A stretch of 32,000 bases of DNA from Erysipelotrichaceae bacterium (GTDB lineage: Bacteria; Bacillota_I; Bacilli_A; Erysipelotrichales; Erysipelotrichaceae): the NCBI GenBank assembly GCA_017431825.1, contig JAFRKI010000009.1:69198-101197 (forward strand), read 5' to 3'. The notes under the pieces are model-generated. The model worked only from the letters and a program-made list of their open reading frames with translations. It was not told where the DNA came from and searched no databases. Positions 16,574 through 24,274 of the stretch are shown one piece after another (within the stretch, counting starts at the first letter, position 1; the number at the start of each line of letters is the position of its first letter). The translations under genes and the position numbers were made by a program.

Positions 16574-16738
16574 ATGAAATCGTTTTTTGAAGAATACGGC
16601 TTTGTGATGCTGGCGGCAGTCGTGGTGATCGCTCTTATCGCCATGACCTCCAACGTGGGAGAAGCCATCGAAGGCAACATCACCAGTCTTATCACCAGCT
16701 TTTCAACGAAGATCAGCAGCAGTTTGAACGGTGTTTAA
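16574..16738 (+). CDS. Flp-like type IVb pilin without a conventional leader (54 aa)
   Basis: This ORF is not in the ORF track because it is short. A GAAAGGAGA Shine-Dalgarno lies 4 nt before the ATG. The product MKSFFEEYGFVMLAAVVVIALIAMTSNVGEAIEGNITSLITSFSTKISSSLNGV aligns with mature Flp pilins (xxxxEYGLIAALIAV...LG..l...f..i) starting at residue 3. Confidence 0.6.
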   Translation: MKSFFEEYGFVMLAAVVVIALIAMTSNVGEAIEGNITSLITSFSTKISSSLNGV

Positions 16739-16760
16739 ACTCGTTAAGGAATAGCAGCGG

Positions 16761-17831
16761 ATGGGCATAGAGATAAAGGAAGAACTGTTCAAGGAACTGT
16801 GGCCGTTCATTCTGGATGAGAACGTGACCGACATCAAGTGGAACGGGACGTCACTCTGGATAACGGATCTAAGCAGGGGCCGGTATATGGTCAAGGACAT
16901 CAGTCTCTCGGAAGAATGGCTGAGGATATTCACCAACCTGATCGCCAATTCGGTCAATGAGAATTTCAACATATCCCGTCCCTCGCTCAAAGCGGAAACC
17001 AGAGAACTGCGAATTCAGGCTGTTCACGGCAGTGTATCGGAGGAAGGCAGGATCTGCCTGGCCATACGCAAGACCCCGAGCTGTGCCAGGCTCTTACACC
17101 AGGATCTCTTAAAGAGCGGTTATGCGGATGATTTCGTACTGAAACTCCTGCCTTGTCTCATGCGAGGACATCTTTCCGGTGTCATAACCGGTGATGTCGG
17201 AGCCGGCAAGACCGAACTCGAGAAATACCTGTGCTCTTTCATACCGGACTCTGATCCGATCATAACAGTTGAAGATACTCTGGAAATGAAGCTCAAGACG
17301 CTTTATCCGGAAAAGGATATTTACTCGCTAAAGATCAGTGACGCCTATTCCGCTGAACAGGCCATCAGGGATGCCCTGAGACTCAATACCAAATGGCTCA
17401 TCATCTCCGAATCAAGAGGAAGAGAGATCCTGAGGATCATCGAAGGTGCCTCATCAGGCTGTGTCGCTCTGACGTCCATCCATACGGAAAACGTCTGGGA
17501 AGTGCCTGACCGCATCCTCAACATGGCCGGAGACAATACGCGAAACAGTCTCGAGAATGATGTCTTTACCTTCTTTGACTATGCCATCAAGGTCAAGGCT
17601 GACTATTCGAACAGCGGTATCCGAAGAAGCATCGATCAGATATGCTTCTTCGACCGCAAGGATAAACAGAACTCCGTCACGGTCATCGTGAGGGACGGCA
17701 AGCCCGTCAAGGCCATGATACCGGAGAGGATCTACAGCAGATTTTATGAAAACCGGGAAAGGGAATTCATGGAAGCCTATTCAAAATTCTTAAGGAAGAA
17801 ACAGAGGAAAGAAAATGAAGGATTTGATTAA
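16761..17831 (+). CDS. type II/IV secretion-family ATPase (CpaF/TadA/VirB11-like)
   Basis: NVTDIKWNGTSLWITDLSRG and LAIRK are present. Walker A is GDVGAGKTE, the Asp box is ITVEDTLEM, Walker B is WLIISESRGRE, and the His box is LTSIHTEN. Confidence 0.8.
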   Translation: MGIEIKEELFKELWPFILDENVTDIKWNGTSLWITDLSRGRYMVKDISLSEEWLRIFTNLIANSVNENFNISRPSLKAETRELRIQAVHGSVSEEGRICLAIRKTPSCARLLHQDLLKSGYADDFVLKLLPCLMRGHLSGVITGDVGAGKTELEKYLCSFIPDSDPIITVEDTLEMKLKTLYPEKDIYSLKISDAYSAEQAIRDALRLNTKWLIISESRGREILRIIEGASSGCVALTSIHTENVWEVPDRILNMAGDNTRNSLENDVFTFFDYAIKVKADYSNSGIRRSIDQICFFDRKDKQNSVTVIVRDGKPVKAMIPERIYSRFYENREREFMEAYSKFLRKKQRKENEGFD

Positions 17832-19311
17832 AAGATACAGTATCAGAGAACTGAAGAACGATATCAGCAGATACGGCTTCAGTTATTCGACGAAAGACTT
17901 TCTGATCGAAATGATCGTTATCATCGGCATCGTGCTCTTTGTAGCCTATATCTCAAGACTGAGATACAGGTACATGCTGGCGCTGGTGCTGATCGCAATG
18001 GCCCTGATTCCCCCGCTGATCCAGGCATGGTTCCGTCAGAACTATAACATCCGCAGGTTTACGATGCTTTCGGACTATCTTTCCAACATCATTCCCATTT
18101 TCATGCAGAAGACCAAGATCCGTTATACGCTGGGTGAGCTCTTTGACATAACGAGCGGTCTCATGAAGGATACCATAGGCAAAGCTCTCGATTATCTCGA
18201 CAATACGGTCGATGACCCTGATCTCAACCGCAATGCCCTCAAGATCATCGAAGATGAATTCCCCAATTCCCGGGTAAAGTCGGCTCATAAGCTGATCCTG
18301 AGCATCGAAGCATCCAATTCCCTTAACTATGAAGACGTCTGCGAGAATCTCTATGACGATATCGAAAAGTGGATCAAAAGAGTCTATACCTTCCAGAAGG
18401 ATCTGAAGAACCGCAGGACCAAGCTGCTGATCCTGTGTCTGGCAACGCTGTTTATGAATTCCGTCTTTGTCTACTTCTATGTGGCCAATGACTATTTCAT
18501 CGGCTTTACCGAAAGCCCCGTGTATCAGATCTCCACACTGATCTTTATCGCTATCATCCTTGTCACAATAACCGTCATCATGATCAGATTAAACGGCGAA
18601 TGGCTGATAAACGACATGACCTACCGCAAGGATGAGGAACTCAGAAGGAAGTACATCCTCTATAAGGACGGCCAGCCCAAGGCCAGGATCGTTACGATAC
18701 TGGTCTGTCTGATCTGCGTAGCCGGAGGCGTGTATCTCGGGATAATAAACAGGATACCCGCATCCTTCCTGTGCTTTGGCATAGCGCTGATGGTCTTCTT
18801 CGATTCACCGGCCAGATACCATTCGGCCTATAAGAGCCTCAGCAAGAACCTGACCATCGAGTTTCCCGTCTGGCTCAGAGAGATATCCCTGGCCTTAAAC
18901 AGCTATACGGTACTCAATGCGATCGAAAACTCCCAGAACATAACTTCCTATCCTTTGAGAAAGGAACTCAGAAAATTCCTCGATGAAGCCAAAAAGGACC
19001 CGACATCCATCAGACCTTACAATGAATTCCTCAGTGAATTCGATCTGGAAGATGCCCGTTCATCAATGAAGGTCCTCTATGCGATCCAGAACATCGGCAA
19101 GGAGGACGTCAAGGTCAGAGTATCCAATCTGATACTGAGAAACCAGGAAATGCTGGACAAGGCCGAAAGCATCAGAAACAACGATTCCATCAGCGGCATC
19201 GAAGCCCTGGGCTATGTGCCGGTAGCCGTCTTCTCGGGACAGATGCTGATATCGATGTTTGCGATGTTTACCTACATGATGAACCTCGTATCAGGAGCAA
19301 TAAATCTATGA
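17815..19311 (+). CDS. polytopic platform protein with two T2SSF (TadB/TadC/GspF-like) repeats
   Basis: It overlaps the ATPase gene by 17 nt and has about 7-8 hydrophobic helices. Each of two cytoplasmic helical regions (aa about 85-200 and about 345-460) is followed by a TM segment, as in T2SSF repeats. Confidence 0.55.
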   Translation: MKDLIKRYSIRELKNDISRYGFSYSTKDFLIEMIVIIGIVLFVAYISRLRYRYMLALVLIAMALIPPLIQAWFRQNYNIRRFTMLSDYLSNIIPIFMQKTKIRYTLGELFDITSGLMKDTIGKALDYLDNTVDDPDLNRNALKIIEDEFPNSRVKSAHKLILSIEASNSLNYEDVCENLYDDIEKWIKRVYTFQKDLKNRRTKLLILCLATLFMNSVFVYFYVANDYFIGFTESPVYQISTLIFIAIILVTITVIMIRLNGEWLINDMTYRKDEELRRKYILYKDGQPKARIVTILVCLICVAGGVYLGIINRIPASFLCFGIALMVFFDSPARYHSAYKSLSKNLTIEFPVWLREISLALNSYTVLNAIENSQNITSYPLRKELRKFLDEAKKDPTSIRPYNEFLSEFDLEDARSSMKVLYAIQNIGKEDVKVRVSNLILRNQEMLDKAESIRNNDSISGIEALGYVPVAVFSGQMLISMFAMFTYMMNLVSGAINL

Positions 19312-19733
19312 GGATAATGGTAAGGATGATGGGACTTTCCATCATCGGTTTCTGTACCTGCCTGATGCTGATGCACATCTTCGATCTCAACGTCCGCCTC
19401 GATGAGCTCAACAAGATCTCGTCACTGGCGATGTCCAATACTCAGATCGTGGTCCAGGAAAACATCGAAGACAGACTCTATGGCACAGACAATGCCCGCT
19501 TAAGGATAGACAGCAATGACAAATATATCAGCCTCTACAAGGAAAACCTCAGTAAGCTCATAAGCACCGACAGCACCTATGAAGTGAGCGATTACCTGGC
19601 TGATCATGAGCGGGGATTATTATATGTGAAGGTCGACTGCAGCTATAAGACCTTGAACGGCAACACGAAGACTTTAAGCAGAAAACTGCTGAACATAATC
19701 GATGTCAATGAAAACTATGAAGAGAATGCTTAA
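19308..19733 (+). CDS. pilin-like / minor pilin candidate (141 aa), function unknown
   Basis: It has an ATGA overlap with the platform gene. The N-terminus MRIMVRMMGLSIIGFCTCLMLM shares the M-[KR]-x-hydrophobic pattern and single N-terminal TM of the other small proteins in the operon. Confidence 0.35.
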   Translation: MRIMVRMMGLSIIGFCTCLMLMHIFDLNVRLDELNKISSLAMSNTQIVVQENIEDRLYGTDNARLRIDSNDKYISLYKENLSKLISTDSTYEVSDYLADHERGLLYVKVDCSYKTLNGNTKTLSRKLLNIIDVNENYEENA

Positions 19734-21069
19734 ATGCCTGCTGGTAACAGCAGCGATTATCATCCAGTGTGCAGGCACCGCCATGGCCGAAGGGGAACCG
19801 CCTGACGGCTACAGCGAATGGAACACGGAAAGCAGCGGCGATCCGAATGAGATATCCGCCATCCAGTACGGCAGACAGCTGCCAAAGGAATGGTCGGAGT
19901 GGTCGATCGAAGTTCCCGAATCTCCCTATCAGAAAGAAGGAGAGGAGCTGGAAAGACACTATGCCTATGACGGCGTCAGCTATTTCTGGAACAATGCCCG
20001 GGCCAAGACGCTGTTCGAGTGGAACTTTCCTTCGAAGTCAAGGATCGTCTACTTCTATGCGGATGTCGATACCTATGTCGACAGGACCTACACCAACTAT
20101 TCCGGTCCGCCCTTACAGCTGTACTGCGATGGCAGACAGGTAGCCAGTACCGGACGCCACAACCATCTGAACAACTGGAATCCCGATATCGACTGCGAGT
20201 GCAGTGTCCTCAAGCTTACGATGTCAGCCGATACCGGCAACGGACGCAATGCGACCTGCATCGTCGGTACCTGGGCGACCACATATCTGAAGACCTATTC
20301 CTATGTCATAAGCTGGGAAGAACCGGGAGACTGGCGCTTCGATGAAGCCTATCCGCATCTCTACGGTGAGGAAAGCCAGATACCGGCCGAAAGGACCGTC
20401 TATTCAAGTCCTATCGTCTATCATATCAGCTACGACTTTGACGGCGGGGAAGCCATAGGTGAAGCGACTGATTCCTATACTGTCCTTGATGAAGTTGATC
20501 TGCCCGGAGCCCATAAGGCAGGGTATGATTTTATCGGCTGGTATGAAGGAGATACACTGATCGAAAGGATCGAAAAAGGTACGTTCAGGAACATAAGCCT
20601 CATAGCCGTATATGACCGTCACAAGCCGAGCATCTTCACCGGTTATGCTTTCTTTGATGAAGATGACCGGCACATCGGGATCAGTGATCTGCTGGATATC
20701 ATCAAGGCATCCGCAAGCGATGAGGTGGACGGTGACATCACCGGCAGGATAAAGGTCGAAAGCATCACCTATGAAAAGAGCGGCACGACCGTCAGCAGGC
20801 CTGCATATCTGGACGTCGGCACCAGTCAGAGCGTCATCATCAGGCTCTCCGTCACCAACAGCGGCGGCAAGAAGGCCGAGATCGAAAGACGCTACTACAT
20901 CTTAGGCAAAGGCACAGACATCGAAAGAGACGATGACGTCAGGGTCTATTCCCGTTTCATTTCTGAAGATTTCAGAGAGACCCTCAGTCCGGGTTCGGTC
21001 TGGCGCAATTATGACTACATGGAAGTATTGGAAGCAGCTTATATGAAAGCTAGAAAGGATCAAGGATGA
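19702..21069 (+). CDS. secreted protein with a Listeria-Bacteroides repeat (Flg_new) and an Ig-like (DUF5011-like) domain
   Basis: The Sec signal peptide ends in AGTAMA|EG. YHISYDFDGGEAIG...HKAGYDFIGWYEGDTLI is a Flg_new-type repeat. ASASDEVDGDITGRIKVESITYEKSG...SVTNSGGKKAE is DUF5011/Ig-like. Several in-frame ATGs (19702, 19708, 19717, 19726) leave the start uncertain. Confidence 0.6.
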   Translation: MSMKTMKRMLKCLLVTAAIIIQCAGTAMAEGEPPDGYSEWNTESSGDPNEISAIQYGRQLPKEWSEWSIEVPESPYQKEGEELERHYAYDGVSYFWNNARAKTLFEWNFPSKSRIVYFYADVDTYVDRTYTNYSGPPLQLYCDGRQVASTGRHNHLNNWNPDIDCECSVLKLTMSADTGNGRNATCIVGTWATTYLKTYSYVISWEEPGDWRFDEAYPHLYGEESQIPAERTVYSSPIVYHISYDFDGGEAIGEATDSYTVLDEVDLPGAHKAGYDFIGWYEGDTLIERIEKGTFRNISLIAVYDRHKPSIFTGYAFFDEDDRHIGISDLLDIIKASASDEVDGDITGRIKVESITYEKSGTTVSRPAYLDVGTSQSVIIRLSVTNSGGKKAEIERRYYILGKGTDIERDDDVRVYSRFISEDFRETLSPGSVWRNYDYMEVLEAAYMKARKDQG

Positions 21070-21212
21070 GAAGACTGTTTGCCCATTACGGATTACTGAT
21101 GCTGGCGCTTGTCGGAGGCTTTACGGCCATCACGATATTCATCAGCGTCTTCCTGAATGAAGAAAACGCCATCGGCAATATCCTGGGACTGTGGCTGTCT
21201 CATCTGATGTAA
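21066..21212 (+). CDS. small Flp-like pilin paralog (48 aa)
   Basis: This ORF is not in the ORF track. It has an ATGA overlap with the upstream stop. The product is MRRLFAHYGLLMLALVGGFTAITIFISVFLNEENAIGNILGLWLSHLM. Confidence 0.5.
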   Translation: MRRLFAHYGLLMLALVGGFTAITIFISVFLNEENAIGNILGLWLSHLM

Positions 21213-21213
21213 T

Positions 21214-21645
21214 ATGAAAAATCTGTTTGAAGAATACGGGGAATCGATCATTTCCCTGATCTGTTCACTGGTGATCGTTACCATGTTCATATCGGTCTTC
21301 CTTATCGAAGTGCTGGGGACCAATGCCGGCATGATAGGCGACAATACGGTCGAAGCCAGGCCGGCAGCTCCTGAAGATGAGATCAGGATCAGAGCCTTCA
21401 GTGTCAGGGACATCCTGATAACCCAGGGCGAAGAGATAAACTGGAACGGAAGGATCGAAGCGACCAACAACCGCGGCGATTACAGCGGCAGCGACGAGGA
21501 CATCTCTTCCTATGTCAGCCTTTACGGCGATGTCGATACTTCAAGTCCGGGCGTTAAGGAAGCGACCTATGTCCTCAGATACAACGGCGAGACCAGATTC
21601 GCCAAAGCCAGGGTGATCGTTACGCCAAGGGAGGAAGAACTCTAA
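21214..21645 (+). CDS. pilin-like N-terminus fused to an Ig-like (DUF5011-like) domain; minor pilin / tip adhesin candidate
   Basis: The N-terminus MKNLFEEYGESIISLICSLVIVTMFISVF has the same motif as the 16574 pilin. The C-terminus SSYVSLYGDVDTSSPGVKEATYVLRYNGETRFAKARVIVT is Ig-like. Confidence 0.5.
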   Translation: MKNLFEEYGESIISLICSLVIVTMFISVFLIEVLGTNAGMIGDNTVEARPAAPEDEIRIRAFSVRDILITQGEEINWNGRIEATNNRGDYSGSDEDISSYVSLYGDVDTSSPGVKEATYVLRYNGETRFAKARVIVTPREEEL

Positions 21646-21971
21646 TGAAAAGCATGGTCGAACATATGACGACGATGATCATCATGATGGTGCTGATCTT
21701 CGTCTTCACCATCATCATCACTACCGGTCTGCAGATAGTAAATGCCAGACTCATCCATACCAATGCCATCGAAAGGATGCAGTCGTCATTCTACAACGTA
21801 CCGGTAAGCGATCTCAATGCCGAACTTGACGAAGGCTGGTACTTTGAAGTGAACGAGCTTTCCAGCGTCAAAACCCGCAAGGATTATGAAGTTACGCTCA
21901 ACTACATCATCAGGATGCCGCTGTTCAATGAAGGCGGCGTATACGGACGGATCGTGGGGTATGCCCGATGA
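21645..21971 (+). CDS. pilin-like / minor pilin candidate (108 aa)
   Basis: Its ATG (21645-21647) overlaps the upstream TAA stop (21643-21645) by 1 nt. The N-terminus is MKSMVEHMTTMIIMMVLIFVFTIIITTG, a single N-terminal TM. Confidence 0.35.
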   Translation: MKSMVEHMTTMIIMMVLIFVFTIIITTGLQIVNARLIHTNAIERMQSSFYNVPVSDLNAELDEGWYFEVNELSSVKTRKDYEVTLNYIIRMPLFNEGGVYGRIVGYAR

Positions 21972-22075
21972 GAGAACTGATCGGAGAATACCTGGAGACC
22001 ATCCTGGAACTGTGCATGGTGATCATGTTTACGGAGATGATATTCGTGATAATGAAAATGATTTTTGCGATTTAA
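21968..22075 (+). CDS. very small pilin-like protein (35 aa)
   Basis: This ORF is not in the ORF track. It has an ATGA overlap with the upstream stop. The product is MRELIGEYLETILELCMVIMFTEMIFVIMKMIFAI, with E-Y at positions 7-8 as in the other pilin-like genes. Confidence 0.35.
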   Translation: MRELIGEYLETILELCMVIMFTEMIFVIMKMIFAI

Positions 22076-22092
22076 CGTTTTACCTGTATAAT
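22065..22092 (+). promoter_or_regulatory. candidate promoter for the metG leader
   Basis: TTGCGA (22065-22070), a 16-nt spacer, then a consensus TATAAT (22087-22092) preceded by TG. Confidence 0.4.
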
Positions 22093-22104
22093 GATAGTTG
22101 GTAA

Positions 22105-22297
22105 CGAAGGATAGAGTAGCTGATGAAAGCTCATAGAGAGTCCTTGGGCGGTGGAAAAGGACAGCGGCAGCCAGCGAACATGGATCCGGAACCTCTGTCA
22201 CGATAGGTAGTGCCAGACGTGTACTCGCGTTAAGAGCTCAAGTTAAAAGTAAGGTGGTACCGCGCAGCTGCGCCCTTGTGTCACCTTTTTATTTTTT
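22105..22297 (+). promoter_or_regulatory. T-box riboswitch leader, Met specifier
   Basis: The AG-bulge AGAGAG lies at 22135-22140 and a distal-loop-like GGTGGAAA follows. The specifier-loop context is GCGAAC-ATG-G, with ATG at 22180-22182. The conserved T-box sequence AAGGTGGTACCGCG lies at about 22251-22264. A GC-rich hairpin plus TTTTTATTTTTT terminator follows, directly upstream of metG. Confidence 0.8.
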
Positions 22298-22309
22298 GGA
22301 GGAAGTCTT

Positions 22310-24232
22310 ATGGAAAACAAAGGGAAATACTACATAACGACCGCTATCGCCTACGCCAGCGGCAAGCCGCATATCGGCAATACCTATGAGATCATCATGG
22401 CTGACAGCATCGCCCGTTATAAGAAGCTGACCGGTTATGACGTCTACTTCCAGACCGGAACCGATGAACACGGCCAGAAGATCGAAGAGAAAGCCAAGGC
22501 TGCCGGCATGACACCGAAGGAGTTCGTCGATGTCCAGGCTGCCGAGATCAAGCGCATCTTCGATCTGATGAATACCCGCTATGACCGTTTCATCCGTACG
22601 ACCGACGACGACCATGAAGCCCAGGTCAAGAAGATCTTCAAGAAACTCTACGATCAGGGCGACATTTACAAGAGCGAATATGAAGGCTGGTACTGTACGC
22701 CTTGTGAATCATTCTGGACCGATTCCCAGCTGGTGGACGGCAAGTGTCCGGACTGCGGCAGGGAAGTCCATAAGGAAAAGGAAGAATCCTATTTCTTCAA
22801 GCTTTCGAAATACCAGAAACAGCTGGAAGAATACATCGAAAGCCATCCGGAATTCATCCAGCCGGAATCAAGAAAGAACGAGATGATCAACAACTTCCTC
22901 AAGCCCGGCTTACAGGACCTGTGCGTATCCCGTACTTCCTTCAAGTGGGGCATTCCGGTAGATTTCGATCCGAAGCATGTCGTCTATGTCTGGATCGATG
23001 CCTTGAGCAACTACATCACCGGACTCGGTTATGATGTCGACGGCAATCACGGCGAACTCTATAAGAAGTACTGGCCGGCTGATCTGCATCTTATCGGTAA
23101 GGACATCATCAGATTCCATACCCTGTACTGGCCGATCATGCTGCTGGCCCTGAACGTACCATTGCCTAAACAGGTATTCGGACATCCGTGGATGCTGGTA
23201 GGCGAAGACAAGATCTCCAAATCCAGAGGCAACGCCATCTATGCCGATGACCTCGTGCATTTCTTCGGCGTCGATGCCGTCAGATATTACGTCCTTCATG
23301 AAATGCCTTTTGCCCAGGACGGAACCATCACCTGGGAACTCATCATCGAAAGGATCAACTCCGACCTGGCCAACGTCTATGGCAACCTCGTAAACAGGAC
23401 CGTCGCCATGACCAACAAGTACTTCGGCGGCCAGCTCAAGAGACCGGAACGTTTCGCGGATGAAGATAAGGAGTTCAGAGATTTCATCACGGAAAGCGTC
23501 AAGGCCGTTGATGAAAAGATGGATCAGTTAAGAGTCGGTGATGCCATGGAAGCCATCATGGAACTCTTCAGACGCTGCAACAAATACATCGATGAGACCG
23601 CTCCTTGGACCTTAGGCAAGGACGAAACAAAGAAGGAAAGACTCAACGAAGTCCTCTACAATCTCCTTGAAGGCATCAGGATCGGCTCCGTACTGATGGA
23701 ACCGTTCATGCCGGAAACCAGTCAGAAGGTCTATGAGCAGATCGGCACCGGCAAGGTGGCTTATGATACCTTAAGCGAATTCGGTGCCTATGAATGCGGC
23801 AAGGTAGCCGAAAAGCCGGAAGTCCTCTTTGCGAGACTCGATTCCGAAAAGGTCATGGAAGAAGTCCATGAATACCTGAAAAAGGACGAAGGAGTAAAGA
23901 TCGAACATCTCCCGGAGATCACCATAGATGATTTCGCCAAAGTCGAGCTTACGGTCGGTCAGGTCCTTGAATCCAAGAAACACGAAAAGGCCGACAAGCT
24001 GCTGGTATCCCGGATCGATATCGGCAACGGCGAGGTAAGACAGATCGTATCGGGCATCGCCGATATCATCAAGCCTGAAGATTTCGTCGGAAAGAAGGTC
24101 GTAGTCGTCACCAATCTAAAGCCGGCTGTCCTTAGAGGCGTCGAATCACAGGGCATGATACTCTGTGCCGAAAACGGCGATCAAGTGGAGATCATAAGTT
24201 CCACATTGCCGACAGGCAGCAAATTAAGATAA
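22310..24232 (+). CDS. metG: methionine--tRNA ligase with a C-terminal tRNA-binding (Trbp111/EMAP-like) domain
   Basis: The HIGH motif is in ASGKPHIGNTYE, the zinc knuckle is CTPCE...CPDCG, and KISKSRG is the KMSKS variant. The C-terminus is DFAKVELTVGQVLESKKHEKADKLLVSRIDIG. Confidence 0.95.
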   Translation: MENKGKYYITTAIAYASGKPHIGNTYEIIMADSIARYKKLTGYDVYFQTGTDEHGQKIEEKAKAAGMTPKEFVDVQAAEIKRIFDLMNTRYDRFIRTTDDDHEAQVKKIFKKLYDQGDIYKSEYEGWYCTPCESFWTDSQLVDGKCPDCGREVHKEKEESYFFKLSKYQKQLEEYIESHPEFIQPESRKNEMINNFLKPGLQDLCVSRTSFKWGIPVDFDPKHVVYVWIDALSNYITGLGYDVDGNHGELYKKYWPADLHLIGKDIIRFHTLYWPIMLLALNVPLPKQVFGHPWMLVGEDKISKSRGNAIYADDLVHFFGVDAVRYYVLHEMPFAQDGTITWELIIERINSDLANVYGNLVNRTVAMTNKYFGGQLKRPERFADEDKEFRDFITESVKAVDEKMDQLRVGDAMEAIMELFRRCNKYIDETAPWTLGKDETKKERLNEVLYNLLEGIRIGSVLMEPFMPETSQKVYEQIGTGKVAYDTLSEFGAYECGKVAEKPEVLFARLDSEKVMEEVHEYLKKDEGVKIEHLPEITIDDFAKVELTVGQVLESKKHEKADKLLVSRIDIGNGEVRQIVSGIADIIKPEDFVGKKVVVVTNLKPAVLRGVESQGMILCAENGDQVEIISSTLPTGSKLR

Positions 24233-24233
24233 A

Positions 24234-24257
24234 AAGAAGTGGCAACACTTCTTTTTT
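24234..24257 (+). terminator. rho-independent terminator
   Basis: AAGAAGTG-gcaa-CACTTCTT is followed by TTTT. Confidence 0.75.
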
Positions 24258-24274
24258 GATGTAAAATTTTACTA

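Noticed and set aside
21886-22201. ORFs at 21886-22104 (+) and 21902-22201 (-) at the end of the pilus operon
   Set aside because: They overlap the 108-aa and 35-aa pilin-like genes and the metG promoter and T-box leader. They have no RBS, and their sequence is explained by those features.
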